Assembly: GCA_028718605.1 (NCBI GenBank)
Contig: JAQULM010000002.1
Coordinates: 321,776 to 385,775 of the forward strand
Direction of reading: 5' to 3'
DNA length: 64,000 bases
Origin: Patescibacteria group bacterium
Lineage (GTDB): Bacteria > Patescibacteriota > Patescibacteriia > UBA10025 > JAHIVO01
The notes under the pieces were generated by a model, which did not search any database, was not told the origin of the DNA, and was given only the letters and a program-made list of their open reading frames with translations. Shown in pieces: positions 48,122-57,397 of the stretch. The position numbers were made by a program, and so were the translations under genes. The stretch's first letter is position 1. Every line of letters begins with the position of its first letter.

Positions 48122-50749
48122 ATGCCAATCCCCCAACTCCACGAACCTCAATTCAGGATCCGCCAAATCGGCGCACGCGTCGTCCGGCGCGTTCAGGCTG
48201 TCGAACAGCGCAGAAAGCGCCATTTCCAAAAATGGCCGCGCTGGAAGCGGATTCTTGTCCGTACACTGATTGGTTGTGCAATCGCTGGTGGCCTTGGCGT
48301 CATTTTTCTCATTAGCGCATTTGCCTGGTACTCGCGTGACCTTCCTGACCCGAATAAAATCATGAGTCGGAGCATTGCCCAGAGTACTCAGATTTACGCG
48401 CGGGACGGAACTACCCTCTTGTACGAAATTCATGGCTCTGAGAAACGGACACTAATGCAGATCGAGGACATCCCGAAGATCATGCAACAGGCAACGGTCG
48501 CCATTGAAGACCAGGATTTTTACAAACACCAGGGGTTTGACCTCGGCGGCATTATCAAGGCTGGGTGCCATGAAGCGTTTGGCAATCTCGCCGGTTTGTG
48601 CCCCACGCGCGGCGGATCAACGATAACGCAACAGTTCGTAAAAAACGCCATCCTGACTTCCGAACGGTCCTACACCAGGAAAATCAAGGAGCTCGTCCTC
48701 TCATACCAGATCGAAAAAAAATTCACGAAAGACCAAATTCTCCAGCTGTATTTCAATGAGATTCCATTCGGTTCAACGCTCTACGGCGTCGAGGCGGCTG
48801 CCCAATCCTTTCTGGGGAAATCCGTCAAAGACGTAACCCTCTCCGAAGCTGCGTTCCTCGCGGCCATCCCCCAGCGGCCAACCTACCTGTCCCCCTACGG
48901 CAGCCACACCGACGAGCTATCCGCGCGGCTCCACACGGTACTGAATAAAATGGTCGAGCTTGGCTACATTACTAAAGAGCAAGCTGCTGAGGCGAAGAAA
49001 GACAATATCCTTGAACGGATGCGCCCCCAGTATGAAAATATTACCGCCCCCCATTTCGTCATGTATGTGCGCGAGCTGCTCAGTAACACGTACGGCGAAA
49101 AGATGGTCGAACAGGGCGGCTTGAAAGTAATCACCACGCTCAATATCGACAAACAGCGTGCAGCAGAAGAATCAATCAACAAATACGCGGGCAAGAACGC
49201 GGATACGTACCAAGCTTCAAATGCAGCGCTTGTTAGCCTCGACACAAAAACCGGCCAAATCCTTGCCATGGTAGGATCAAGAGACTACTTCGACGAGAGT
49301 ATCGACGGCAACGTTAACGTTACCTTGCGCCCGCGCCAACCCGGCTCATCATTCAAGCCCATCGTCTATCTCACTGCTTTCATGAAAGGCTATACCCCCG
49401 ATACGCTCCTCTTTGATCTCGTGACGAGTTTCAAGACTGGTGCTAAGGATTACTCGCCGAAAAATTACGATCTGCAGGAGCACGGTCCCGTGACAATGCG
49501 CCAAGCGCTTGCCGGATCCCTCAACATACCAGCGGTAAAAACCCTCTACCTCGCCGGGATAGACAATGTACTGGACACTGCTGCCTCCCTCGGATATTCA
49601 ACCTTCGGCGACCGCAGCAGATTCGGGCTGTCGCTCGTCTTGGGTGGCGGCGAAGTTACGCTGCTCGAGCATACCGCGGCATTTGCCTCTCTCGCACGGG
49701 AAGGCGTCTACCACCCGCCCGCGAGCATCCTGCGCGTTGAAGACAATACCGGAAAAGTACTTGAGGAATTCAAGGACCGCGAAGAACGCGCTGTCGACGA
49801 AAAATATGTCCGCATGCTCACCAGCGTCCTTTCTGACAACGGCGCACGAGCGTACATCTTCGGTTCACGGAATTATCTCACCCTCTCGGGGCGCCCCGTT
49901 GCCGCAAAAACAGGCACAACTAACGACTACCGCGATGCATGGACGCTGGGGTATACGCCTTCGATTGCAACCGGCGTCTGGGTCGGCAATAATGACAATT
50001 CGGAAATGCGGCGCGGCGCAGACGGCTCGATCGTTGCTGCACCTATCTGGCACGATTTTATGCAAAACACGGTCGGGGGGCCCGTAGAGCCATTCAAGGC
50101 GGCACCAGCAAATGACGCGGACAAACCAGTTCTGCGCGGAGAGCTCCAGGCTGAAACGAAATTCAAAGTTGACTCCGTGACGGGTAAATTAATCCCCGAA
50201 TCGTGCCTTCCTGACTATCCGTCTCAGTTTATTGTCGAAAAAACATTCCGCGCGGTCCACGATATCCTTTACTATGTTAATAAAGACAATCCGCGCGGTC
50301 CGGCACCCGCTGACCCAGCCGCTGATCCACAATACGAGCGATGGGAAGAGCCTGTGCGCCGCTGGGCTGCCCAGAATAATTATACGGAATCCATGCCGGC
50401 ACCGGGCGATTGCTCATTGCGTTCCGCCGAGAACCAGCCATCAATTACCATTACGGCGCCTAAGAATGGCGCAGCAATTAATTCTAAAAAATTTACTGCT
50501 ACCGCTGCCGCCACGTCGCCTCGGACAATAAAAAAGGTCGTCTTCTTTATTGATTCCACGGTAGCCGGCACGGTCACCAAGAAGCCCTACAGCCTCAGCA
50601 TCGACGTAAGTAAAACTGAAAAGGGGTTTCACGACCTGAAAGCTGTTGTGTACGATGATATCGACAACTCCTCGTCAGCAACTGTAACAATCAACGTCCG
50701 GTCCGGCGTTGCTTCAATACCAAAAAAAACGAGTACAAACACCGAATAA
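48122..50749 (+). CDS. Class A penicillin-binding protein (PBP1A-type transglycosylase/transpeptidase) with C-terminal Ig-like domains.
   Basis: GT51 motifs (AIEDQDFYKHQGFD, GGSTITQQ). TPase motifs SxxK (PGSSFKP), SLN and KTGTT. Confidence 0.85.
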   Translation: MPIPQLHEPQFRIRQIGARVVRRVQAVEQRRKRHFQKWPRWKRILVRTLIGCAIAGGLGVIFLISAFAWYSRDLPDPNKIMSRSIAQSTQIYARDGTTLLYEIHGSEKRTLMQIEDIPKIMQQATVAIEDQDFYKHQGFDLGGIIKAGCHEAFGNLAGLCPTRGGSTITQQFVKNAILTSERSYTRKIKELVLSYQIEKKFTKDQILQLYFNEIPFGSTLYGVEAAAQSFLGKSVKDVTLSEAAFLAAIPQRPTYLSPYGSHTDELSARLHTVLNKMVELGYITKEQAAEAKKDNILERMRPQYENITAPHFVMYVRELLSNTYGEKMVEQGGLKVITTLNIDKQRAAEESINKYAGKNADTYQASNAALVSLDTKTGQILAMVGSRDYFDESIDGNVNVTLRPRQPGSSFKPIVYLTAFMKGYTPDTLLFDLVTSFKTGAKDYSPKNYDLQEHGPVTMRQALAGSLNIPAVKTLYLAGIDNVLDTAASLGYSTFGDRSRFGLSLVLGGGEVTLLEHTAAFASLAREGVYHPPASILRVEDNTGKVLEEFKDREERAVDEKYVRMLTSVLSDNGARAYIFGSRNYLTLSGRPVAAKTGTTNDYRDAWTLGYTPSIATGVWVGNNDNSEMRRGADGSIVAAPIWHDFMQNTVGGPVEPFKAAPANDADKPVLRGELQAETKFKVDSVTGKLIPESCLPDYPSQFIVEKTFRAVHDILYYVNKDNPRGPAPADPAADPQYERWEEPVRRWAAQNNYTESMPAPGDCSLRSAENQPSITITAPKNGAAINSKKFTATAAATSPRTIKKVVFFIDSTVAGTVTKKPYSLSIDVSKTEKGFHDLKAVVYDDIDNSSSATVTINVRSGVASIPKKTSTNTE

Positions 50750-50767
50750 CTTTTCAATAGTAAAATA

Positions 50768-50791
50768 AAGCCACAGGGTCACCGTGGCCTT
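50768..50791 (-). terminator. Hairpin (aagccac ... gtggcctt) with a U-tract on the minus strand. It is probably the dnaN terminator and may also stop the convergent PBP gene.
   Basis: Inverted repeat between convergent genes, with a T-run on the minus-strand 3' side. Confidence 0.5.
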
Positions 50792-50808
50792 ATTGTTCGC
50801 TCAGTTTT

Positions 50809-51912
50809 CTACTGCTTGATTGGCATGATGATGTAGAGGTACTGCTCCTTACCAGCAGGGCGAATCACGCCAGGGCTTGTGCTCGTCGTGATTTCGAGAA
50901 TACACTCCTCGCTCTGAATATTCTGCAGGCCGTCGAGCAAGAAGCGATAGTTAAAAACAATAGTATTATCCTCCCCCTCCACCGCTGCGTCCTGGTGCGC
51001 TTCACTCTCGCCAACCTGGAGATTCGCCGCGGTGACGGTTATTTTTCCTGCCTTGGCGTCCACTTTCAGAATAATATCATTGCCTCCCTGCTTACAGAAC
51101 AAACTGGCGCGGCGTACGGTGTTGGTAAACTCAGTGAGCGGAACACGCACTCGCGTGCGGCTCTCTTGCGGAATTATCTGCTGGTAGTCAGGATATTGCC
51201 CCTCGACGATCCGGGAGGTTAATTTCAGCTCGCCGATTGAAAACAGTATTTGGTTCTCATTGCTTTGAATCTCCACTTCTTCGGTTCCGTCGCTGAGTAC
51301 GCGCATCACTTCTTGCACAGTTCTTCCGGGGACGATGAGGCTGTAATTACCGGCCGATTGCTTCTCGAGAGGCACCTTTTTTTCTGCGAGCCGGTAACTA
51401 TCCGTCGCGACGAACGTCACGGCCTCCCCCTCAAGCTTAAACAGCACCCCGCTGATCTCGGGGCGAGTCTCGTCATACGCAACCGCGAGGCTCACCGACG
51501 TCAGTGCTGTTTTCAGCTCCGTTGCTGGAATCCGAAAATCCTGCTTCGCCTCGACAACCGGTATCAAGGGAAATTCTGATGCCCCCAGCCCCTTCATGCT
51601 TGTCTTTGCATTACTGCAGGAAATTGTGAGATTGTCTTCCCGCACCTCGAGGGTGACATTTTCGCGCGGCAGGAGATTGATGTAATCATGTAAAACGCGT
51701 GCCTGCACGCTTATTGCGCCCTCGCGCTCAACCTTGCCACGGATACTGCATTCTGCGCCGATCTCAAGATTTGTCGCAAGCAAACGGAGCGCCCCCTTCT
51801 CGGCTTTTAACAAGACATTATTAAGGATTGGTAAAGAAACGTTTTTGCTTGCAATGTGGCTCACCATTTGAAGTCCGCGTGCAAGATTTTCTTGTGTACA
51901 AATCACTCTCAT
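50809..51912 (-). CDS. dnaN: DNA polymerase III beta sliding clamp.
   Basis: MRVICTQENLARGLQMVSHIASKNVSLPILNNVLLKAE. Length 367 aa. Sits downstream of dnaA. Confidence 0.9.
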   Translation of the reverse strand: MRVICTQENLARGLQMVSHIASKNVSLPILNNVLLKAEKGALRLLATNLEIGAECSIRGKVEREGAISVQARVLHDYINLLPRENVTLEVREDNLTISCSNAKTSMKGLGASEFPLIPVVEAKQDFRIPATELKTALTSVSLAVAYDETRPEISGVLFKLEGEAVTFVATDSYRLAEKKVPLEKQSAGNYSLIVPGRTVQEVMRVLSDGTEEVEIQSNENQILFSIGELKLTSRIVEGQYPDYQQIIPQESRTRVRVPLTEFTNTVRRASLFCKQGGNDIILKVDAKAGKITVTAANLQVGESEAHQDAAVEGEDNTIVFNYRFLLDGLQNIQSEECILEITTSTSPGVIRPAGKEQYLYIIMPIKQ

Positions 51913-52182
51913 AAAAGTATAGATAAATAATTTAAAGAATAATAATTATAGTAATAGGAGCTGTGGGAAAGTGGAAAAGAATTATTGGTGGGTTTTTGGG
52001 AGCGAAGGTTAGCGCGCGAAGAAAGAAAAAGGATTTTATTGGGTGTGAACGACAACCGCACAAAAGGGGTATAGCGTGCCGACAGAGCGGGGATAATTAT
52101 TCAGGAGGAAGTGGGCGCGGGGGAAATGGTTTGATAAAAGGGGATAATCATGTGAGTTGTACGCTTGCCATCCACCACTTAT
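51913..52182. other. Candidate replication origin segment (dnaA-dnaN intergenic). It has an 85% AT stretch at 51913-51958 (DUE-like) and two GGGGATAAT near-DnaA-box motifs (52088, 52140).
   Basis: Synteny plus direct reading of the AT-rich block and repeated motifs. Boxes are only approximate matches to TTATCCACA. Confidence 0.35.
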
Positions 52183-53547
52183 CTACTCGTTATAAAGCCG
52201 CTGCCGGATCAAATTAATATCCTGGTGGATTTTTTCGTCTTCCTCGAAGGCACGCCGGATTTTTTCGTATGCATGCATCGCCGTCGTGTGGTCGCGGCCG
52301 CCAAGCTCCTGGCCAATTGATGGGTATGAACACTTTGCCTCTTCCCGCATCAGGAACATGGTGATTTGCCGAGGGACAACGAGCTCTTTTTTCCGGCTAC
52401 TGCCGGTCAGGTCCGCGACAGAGATGTCAAAAAAGGCGGCAACAGTGTTGATTATTTGCTTGATGGTAATGGCGCCTTCACGTTTTTGGTGCTGTGACAT
52501 GCTCGCGAGAATCCCCCGCACCGATTCCACGGAAGGCTTTGAATTATTGAGCTGGTGGAATGCGAGAATACGGTTCAGGGCGCCCTCAAGTTCACGGACG
52601 TTGCTCTGGACGGACGTAGCGACCGTTGAAAGGATTTCACGGGGGAAGGAAAGGTTTTTTTCCTTGCATTTCGCGCTCAATATAGCAATTCGTGTTTCAT
52701 AATCCGGCTGGGCGATGTCCGCAATCATTCCCCATTCAAACCGGGAGATGAGCCGATTTTCGAGGGCAGGGATTGCCTTGGGGGGGCGGTCGGAGCTCAA
52801 GACGATCTGCTTATTCTGCTGGTGAAGCGCGTTGAATGTATGGAAAAATTCTTCCTGGGTGCCTTCTTTGCCTGCGAGGAATTGGATATCATCGATGAGC
52901 AGTACGTCAGCGGTACGATAAACGTTCTTAAAACGCTCGCCTCCGCCCTGGCTGATGGCTGCGATAAACTCATTGGTGAATTTTTCACACGTAACGTAGA
53001 GGATTTTTTTCCCCGCATGGAGCGTTGCGATCTCATGGGCAATCGCTTGTAAAAGGTGTGTTTTCCCCAGCCCAGCACCGCCGTAGAGGAATAAAGGGTT
53101 GTACACAACACCTGGCCGCTGTGCGACGGCAAGGCAGGCGGCGTGGGCGAGCTCATTGCCCTTGCCCACCACAAACGTGCTGAAGGTGTAGCGCGCGTTC
53201 AGCCCATAGCCATTCTTTTGGGTTACGGGGGCCACTTGTTCGGGGCGTTGCTGTGCCGGAGCCGCCGGCGCGGTGGCATGGTGGGCCGCACCTTTGTGGA
53301 ACACTTCAACACGGTACTGGACGTCGGTGATGTGGTTATCAGTCGCGTGCTTCAGCGCTTCCAGGATTTGTTTGTGGTATTTATTTTCGAGCCACGTCTT
53401 CGTAAAAGCATTTGGCACGCCGATGATTACCGACTCGTTTTCGTATGAGGAGACGAAGGTGTTTTTGAACCACGTGGTGAAATTTGCCTTACTGAGCGTC
53501 AGCTCAAGTTCACCCAGAGCGGCATGCCATAGTTGCTCCTTGTCCAT
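52183..53547 (-). CDS. dnaA: Chromosomal replication initiator protein DnaA.
   Basis: AAA+ Walker A GGAGLGKTHLL, sensor motifs, and the C-terminal DNA-binding domain (HTTAMHAYEKI). Confidence 0.9.
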   Translation of the reverse strand: MDKEQLWHAALGELELTLSKANFTTWFKNTFVSSYENESVIIGVPNAFTKTWLENKYHKQILEALKHATDNHITDVQYRVEVFHKGAAHHATAPAAPAQQRPEQVAPVTQKNGYGLNARYTFSTFVVGKGNELAHAACLAVAQRPGVVYNPLFLYGGAGLGKTHLLQAIAHEIATLHAGKKILYVTCEKFTNEFIAAISQGGGERFKNVYRTADVLLIDDIQFLAGKEGTQEEFFHTFNALHQQNKQIVLSSDRPPKAIPALENRLISRFEWGMIADIAQPDYETRIAILSAKCKEKNLSFPREILSTVATSVQSNVRELEGALNRILAFHQLNNSKPSVESVRGILASMSQHQKREGAITIKQIINTVAAFFDISVADLTGSSRKKELVVPRQITMFLMREEAKCSYPSIGQELGGRDHTTAMHAYEKIRRAFEEDEKIHQDINLIRQRLYNE

Positions 53548-53765
53548 AAGGAAAAAGACGTAAAAGATAGAACTCGTGGGACTGTATAAGTCGGTCAGTC
53601 GTGGTATTCATACTACCACAGCAAGCCGATAGAAAGAATGGTGGAATGCGAGCGTCTTTGTGAATAAACTGTTGATACTCTGAGGACAACCATAAATCGT
53701 TGACCGGAAGGATGAATTGTTGGTATACTGTGTGACATGCAATAAAAAATAATTTGTATTCGATT

Positions 53766-53903
53766 ATGCCGAAAAGAACGCATCAACCAAAAAAACGGAA
53801 ACGGAGCAGAACATACGGTTATATGAAGCGCACCCAGTCAAAGAAAGGGCGCAAGGTACTTGCGCGCCGGCGCCGGAAAGGGCGGTATTCACTGTCGCGG
53901 TAA
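53766..53903 (+). CDS. rpmH: 50S ribosomal protein L34. At 45 aa it is below the ORF-track cutoff.
   Basis: Translation is [45 protein letters not shown], against the L34 consensus M-KRT-QP-...[13 protein letters not shown]. Confidence 0.85.
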   Translation: MPKRTHQPKKRKRSRTYGYMKRTQSKKGRKVLARRRRKGRYSLSR

Positions 53904-53916
53904 CGATTTTCAGCAT

Positions 53917-54261
53917 ATGCTGCCAATGGCACGACGCGTAACCAGACAATCGGACTGGCACCGGGCGCACCGGTTTGGGAGAATTTCTCGTGTTCCGGAG
54001 GTAACCATGAAGGTAGTGCGGAACGGCCGGGACATGACGCGGTTTGGGTTCAGCGTCAGCGTGAAAGTGGCGAAGCGTGCGACAGAGCGGAACACCATGA
54101 AACGGCGCCTTCGGGCAGCGGCAGCACGGCTTACTCCAAAGATTATCCAAGGTTTTGACATAATTATCATAGCGCGGCACCAGCTCCGCGGGACGCCGAC
54201 AGCGCGGGTCACCCAAATTCTTGAGGGATTATTAAAGCGAGCACGGCTCGTATATACATAA
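53917..54261 (+). CDS. rnpA: Ribonuclease P protein component.
   Basis: Basic approx 115-aa protein directly after rpmH. The [24 protein letters not shown] pattern is typical. Confidence 0.8.
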   Translation: MLPMARRVTRQSDWHRAHRFGRISRVPEVTMKVVRNGRDMTRFGFSVSVKVAKRATERNTMKRRLRAAAARLTPKIIQGFDIIIIARHQLRGTPTARVTQILEGLLKRARLVYT

Positions 54262-54265
54262 AAAC

Positions 54266-54511
54266 ATGGGAAAGTATTTCAAAAAAGCGGTATTAGGGGG
54301 AGTGCGATTGTACCAGTGGACTGTATCCCCAGACCATGGTATGTTGTCGTTTCGACGCCCGTATGGGCACTGCCGGTTTTACCCGACATGCTCAGAGTAT
54401 GCATACCAAGCGATTGACCGGCATGGCGTTGGAAAAGGGATTTGGATGGGGCTTCGGCGCATTATCCGTTGCAACCCATTCCATCCCGGCGGATTTGATC
54501 CAGTGAAATAA
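54266..54511 (+). CDS. yidD: Membrane protein insertion efficiency factor YidD.
   Basis: RLYQWTVSP...[11 protein letters not shown] is a diagnostic motif. Confidence 0.85.
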   Translation: MGKYFKKAVLGGVRLYQWTVSPDHGMLSFRRPYGHCRFYPTCSEYAYQAIDRHGVGKGIWMGLRRIIRCNPFHPGGFDPVK

Positions 54512-54514
54512 ATT

Positions 54515-55294
54515 ATGATTGGCGATCTCTATAACGCAATTCTATTTCAGCCGTTGTTCAACGGCCTCGTTTTCATTTACCAGTACATACCGAACTTGGG
54601 CATCGCTATTATTATCTTGACCCTCATTATCAAATTGCTCCTCTACATCCCGTCGCGATCCTCAATCCGTTCTCAGAAGGCGCTGCAGGATGCGCAGCCG
54701 AAACTGAAGGCGCTGCAGGAAAAGTACAAGGACAACAAGGAAGAGCTTGGCCGCCAAATCATGAAGTTTTATAAAGAGAATAAAGTAAATCCCCTGTCTT
54801 CGTGCTTGCCGCTCCTGATCCAGCTGCCGATCCTCATCGCACTGTACCGAGTTTTTATTGCCGTGTCACAAACGGATCCGACGACCCATTTGCTCGTCGC
54901 AGACCAATTGAAGCACTTGTATGAGCCGCTGCAGGCGATTTTTGCAACCAAGCCGATTGATCCCATGTTTCTTGGTATTGTTGATTTGTCTAAAAAGGGA
55001 AACTACATACTCGCGCTTTTAGCGGGGGCAGCGCAATTCTGGCAGACAAAGATGGTCATGGCGAAAAAACCGCCGCAAGTTCCCGGCGCCCAGGACGAGC
55101 GCATGACCGCAGGAATCAACAAGCAGATGATGTATTTCATGCCGATTATAACAGTTTTTTTCGGAATACAGTTTGCCGCCGGGCTGACGCTGTATTGGTT
55201 CGTGTCAACGCTCTTCCAGGTTGGGCAGCAATGGTACGTTTTCCATAAAGATTCTGCGAAACAAGGCATTATAAAAGGAGAGGTGCAAAAATGA
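54515..55294 (+). CDS. yidC: Membrane protein insertase YidC (short, Oxa1-like form).
   Basis: 5-TM core with QLPILIALYRVF and MMYFMPIITVFFGIQFAAGLTLYWFVS. Confidence 0.85.
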   Translation: MIGDLYNAILFQPLFNGLVFIYQYIPNLGIAIIILTLIIKLLLYIPSRSSIRSQKALQDAQPKLKALQEKYKDNKEELGRQIMKFYKENKVNPLSSCLPLLIQLPILIALYRVFIAVSQTDPTTHLLVADQLKHLYEPLQAIFATKPIDPMFLGIVDLSKKGNYILALLAGAAQFWQTKMVMAKKPPQVPGAQDERMTAGINKQMMYFMPIITVFFGIQFAAGLTLYWFVSTLFQVGQQWYVFHKDSAKQGIIKGEVQK

Positions 55295-55572
55295 TTATTC
55301 GCAAGGGCGAACTGATAAACCTTCCAGTCGTGACACAATCCGGCCAACAGCTGGGGAGAGTCGCGGATTTTGAGATGGATGCGGAAGAACACACCGTCGT
55401 GCGATATATTGTGAAGCCAGGTACCCTGCTTGCCGATTTGCTGGAAAGTGATCTTGTGATCGCCCGAGAGCAGGTTGTCGCGATCACCGCCGACCGCATG
55501 ATCGTTGAAGATGCCGTTGTAACCGCAAAGAACCGGAAGGGGCTTATAAAAAAAGCAATCCCTGCCACATAA
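55291..55572 (+). CDS. PRC-barrel domain protein.
   Basis: A 93-aa beta-rich protein with a PRC-like pattern (GELINLPVVTQSGQQLGRVADFEMD). Confidence 0.45.
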   Translation: MIIRKGELINLPVVTQSGQQLGRVADFEMDAEEHTVVRYIVKPGTLLADLLESDLVIAREQVVAITADRMIVEDAVVTAKNRKGLIKKAIPAT

Positions 55573-55619
55573 GGGACTTTTCGGCGGAGGTCATCGCCCA
55601 GCGTTTCCGCGCATTCGCA

Positions 55620-56063
55620 TCAAGCGTAAGCGCTTCTTTTGCGTATCGAAATAATTCTTGTGTGGTTGTCAACGAAAGAAAAATGGAGTTCAGTTATGGT
55701 ATAGGGCGTCAGGAGATCCCAGATTTTATCAGCCCACTCAATGACGGTTACCACATCGATTTTTCCGAGGTACTCGTCGATGCCGACTGACGCGATATCT
55801 TCCATAGAGCGTAATCGGTACGCGTCAATGTGGCAGCAGGCGGCAATGCCAGCTTTTTTTACCGGGTATGTCTTCATAAGTACAAAAGTCGGGCTGGTAA
55901 CTGCGCCATGGACGCCGAGGCCTGCTGCAAACCCTTGGGTAAAGCACGTTTTTCCGCCGCCCAAGTCGCCGATCAGGGCGAATATTTCGCCCCCACGGGC
56001 TTTTTTGGCTAAACTTCGGCCAAACCGCCTGGTTTCTGACGGTGCTTTTGTGGTTATTTCCAT
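55620..56063 (-). CDS. tsaE: tRNA threonylcarbamoyladenosine biosynthesis ATPase TsaE.
   Basis: P-loop GDLGGGKTCFTQG and a TSPTF motif. Confidence 0.8.
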   Translation of the reverse strand: MEITTKAPSETRRFGRSLAKKARGGEIFALIGDLGGGKTCFTQGFAAGLGVHGAVTSPTFVLMKTYPVKKAGIAACCHIDAYRLRSMEDIASVGIDEYLGKIDVVTVIEWADKIWDLLTPYTITELHFSFVDNHTRIISIRKRSAYA

Positions 56064-56173
56064 ATGTGTATTGTAGTATGTTTCCCCGTCCCGACCAAGC
56101 TTGACACCTGATGGGGTCTACAGTATACTGATTTATTCTATAAAAAGCATACAGGAGGCGCACCCATTCATGT

Positions 56174-57316
56174 ATGGAGCATTCGACTATCCAACAAGCA
56201 GTTGACCTTATCGGCAAGAGCGGTAACGTCGTTATTGTATTGCCGCGCGATCCATCGACCGACGCAATTGCATCGAGTCTGGCACTTTTTCTTGTACTGG
56301 AAAAGGAAGGGAAGAAAGTCAAGGTTGTTTGCAATGAGTTCAATCTGCCGCCCTCGCATCAGTTTTTACCGAAGAGCAAGGAAATTCTGACGGATCTCAC
56401 CGCTCTGCGGAAATTCATCATCACGCTCGACTGTACGCGCACGAAAGTTCAGGAATTGAGTTATGATATCAGCGCCAAGGACCAGCTGAATATTTTTATA
56501 ACGCCAAAAGACGGATTCTTTGAGCCGCGTGACGTAACCACGTCAGCATCATCGTATGAGTACGATTTGATTGTAGTCATTGATGCCCCAGACCTTGAAT
56601 CCCTGGGCAAAGTGTACGATAATAATACGGAATTTTTTTACCATACACCAATCATTAATATTGACCACAATCCCGCAAATGAATATTTTGGTCAAATTAA
56701 TGTCGTCGACTTGGTGGCAACGTCCACGTCAGAAATAATTTTTGAAATGCTCCGCAGCATGAAGAGCAATTCGCTTGATGAATATATCGCGACGAGCTTA
56801 CTGACGGGCATCATCACAAAGACGAAAAGTTTCCAGAGCGCGAGCGTTACGCCGCGTTCGCTTGCTGTTTCGAGCCTCCTGGTTGAAAGCGGTGCGCGCC
56901 GTGATGACATTATCAAGCATTTGTACCGCACGAAATCAATCAATACCCTGAAGCTCTGGGGCCGGGCACTCGCACGGCTCAAAACGGGCCACAACGACCG
57001 TATCGTTTGGTCCCTCCTCAATCGCCAGGATTTTACGAAATCGGGCGCGAGCGAATCTGAGCTCGAGGGGGTTATCGACGAGCTTATCGTCAATACCCCC
57101 CACGCCGAAGCCGTTCTTATCCTGTATGAATCAGGCGAGAAGGGCATCAAAGGCGTCGCGAGCACGGCCCCGTCAATTGATGGATTGGCAGTGTTTAAGC
57201 AGTTTCAGCCAACGGGAACCAGGGACTTTACCCGATTTGTCCTCCCGTACGCCGATCTTTTGCAAGCTGAGCAGGCAATGATTGATACCGTAAAGCCGTA
57301 TATCGGGGTAAAGTAG
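56174..57316 (+). CDS. DHH/DHHA1 phosphoesterase (NrnA-like oligoribonuclease / pAp phosphatase).
   Basis: DHH motifs (VVIVLPRDPSTDAIAS, INIDHNPANE) and a C-terminal DHHA1 (GGH-type) domain. Confidence 0.75.
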   Translation: MEHSTIQQAVDLIGKSGNVVIVLPRDPSTDAIASSLALFLVLEKEGKKVKVVCNEFNLPPSHQFLPKSKEILTDLTALRKFIITLDCTRTKVQELSYDISAKDQLNIFITPKDGFFEPRDVTTSASSYEYDLIVVIDAPDLESLGKVYDNNTEFFYHTPIINIDHNPANEYFGQINVVDLVATSTSEIIFEMLRSMKSNSLDEYIATSLLTGIITKTKSFQSASVTPRSLAVSSLLVESGARRDDIIKHLYRTKSINTLKLWGRALARLKTGHNDRIVWSLLNRQDFTKSGASESELEGVIDELIVNTPHAEAVLILYESGEKGIKGVASTAPSIDGLAVFKQFQPTGTRDFTRFVLPYADLLQAEQAMIDTVKPYIGVK

Positions 57317-57397
57317 TGGAGTCATGGATGCATACCATGCGTGCATGAAGGCCTTTTTTTGTTTACCCGCACTGAAAAATTTGATATACTGCGTAGC

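Noticed and set aside
53658-53666. DnaA box cluster upstream of rpmH as the main oriC
   Set aside because: Only a single one-mismatch box was found and no DUE-like AT block. The dnaA-dnaN spacer looks the better candidate.
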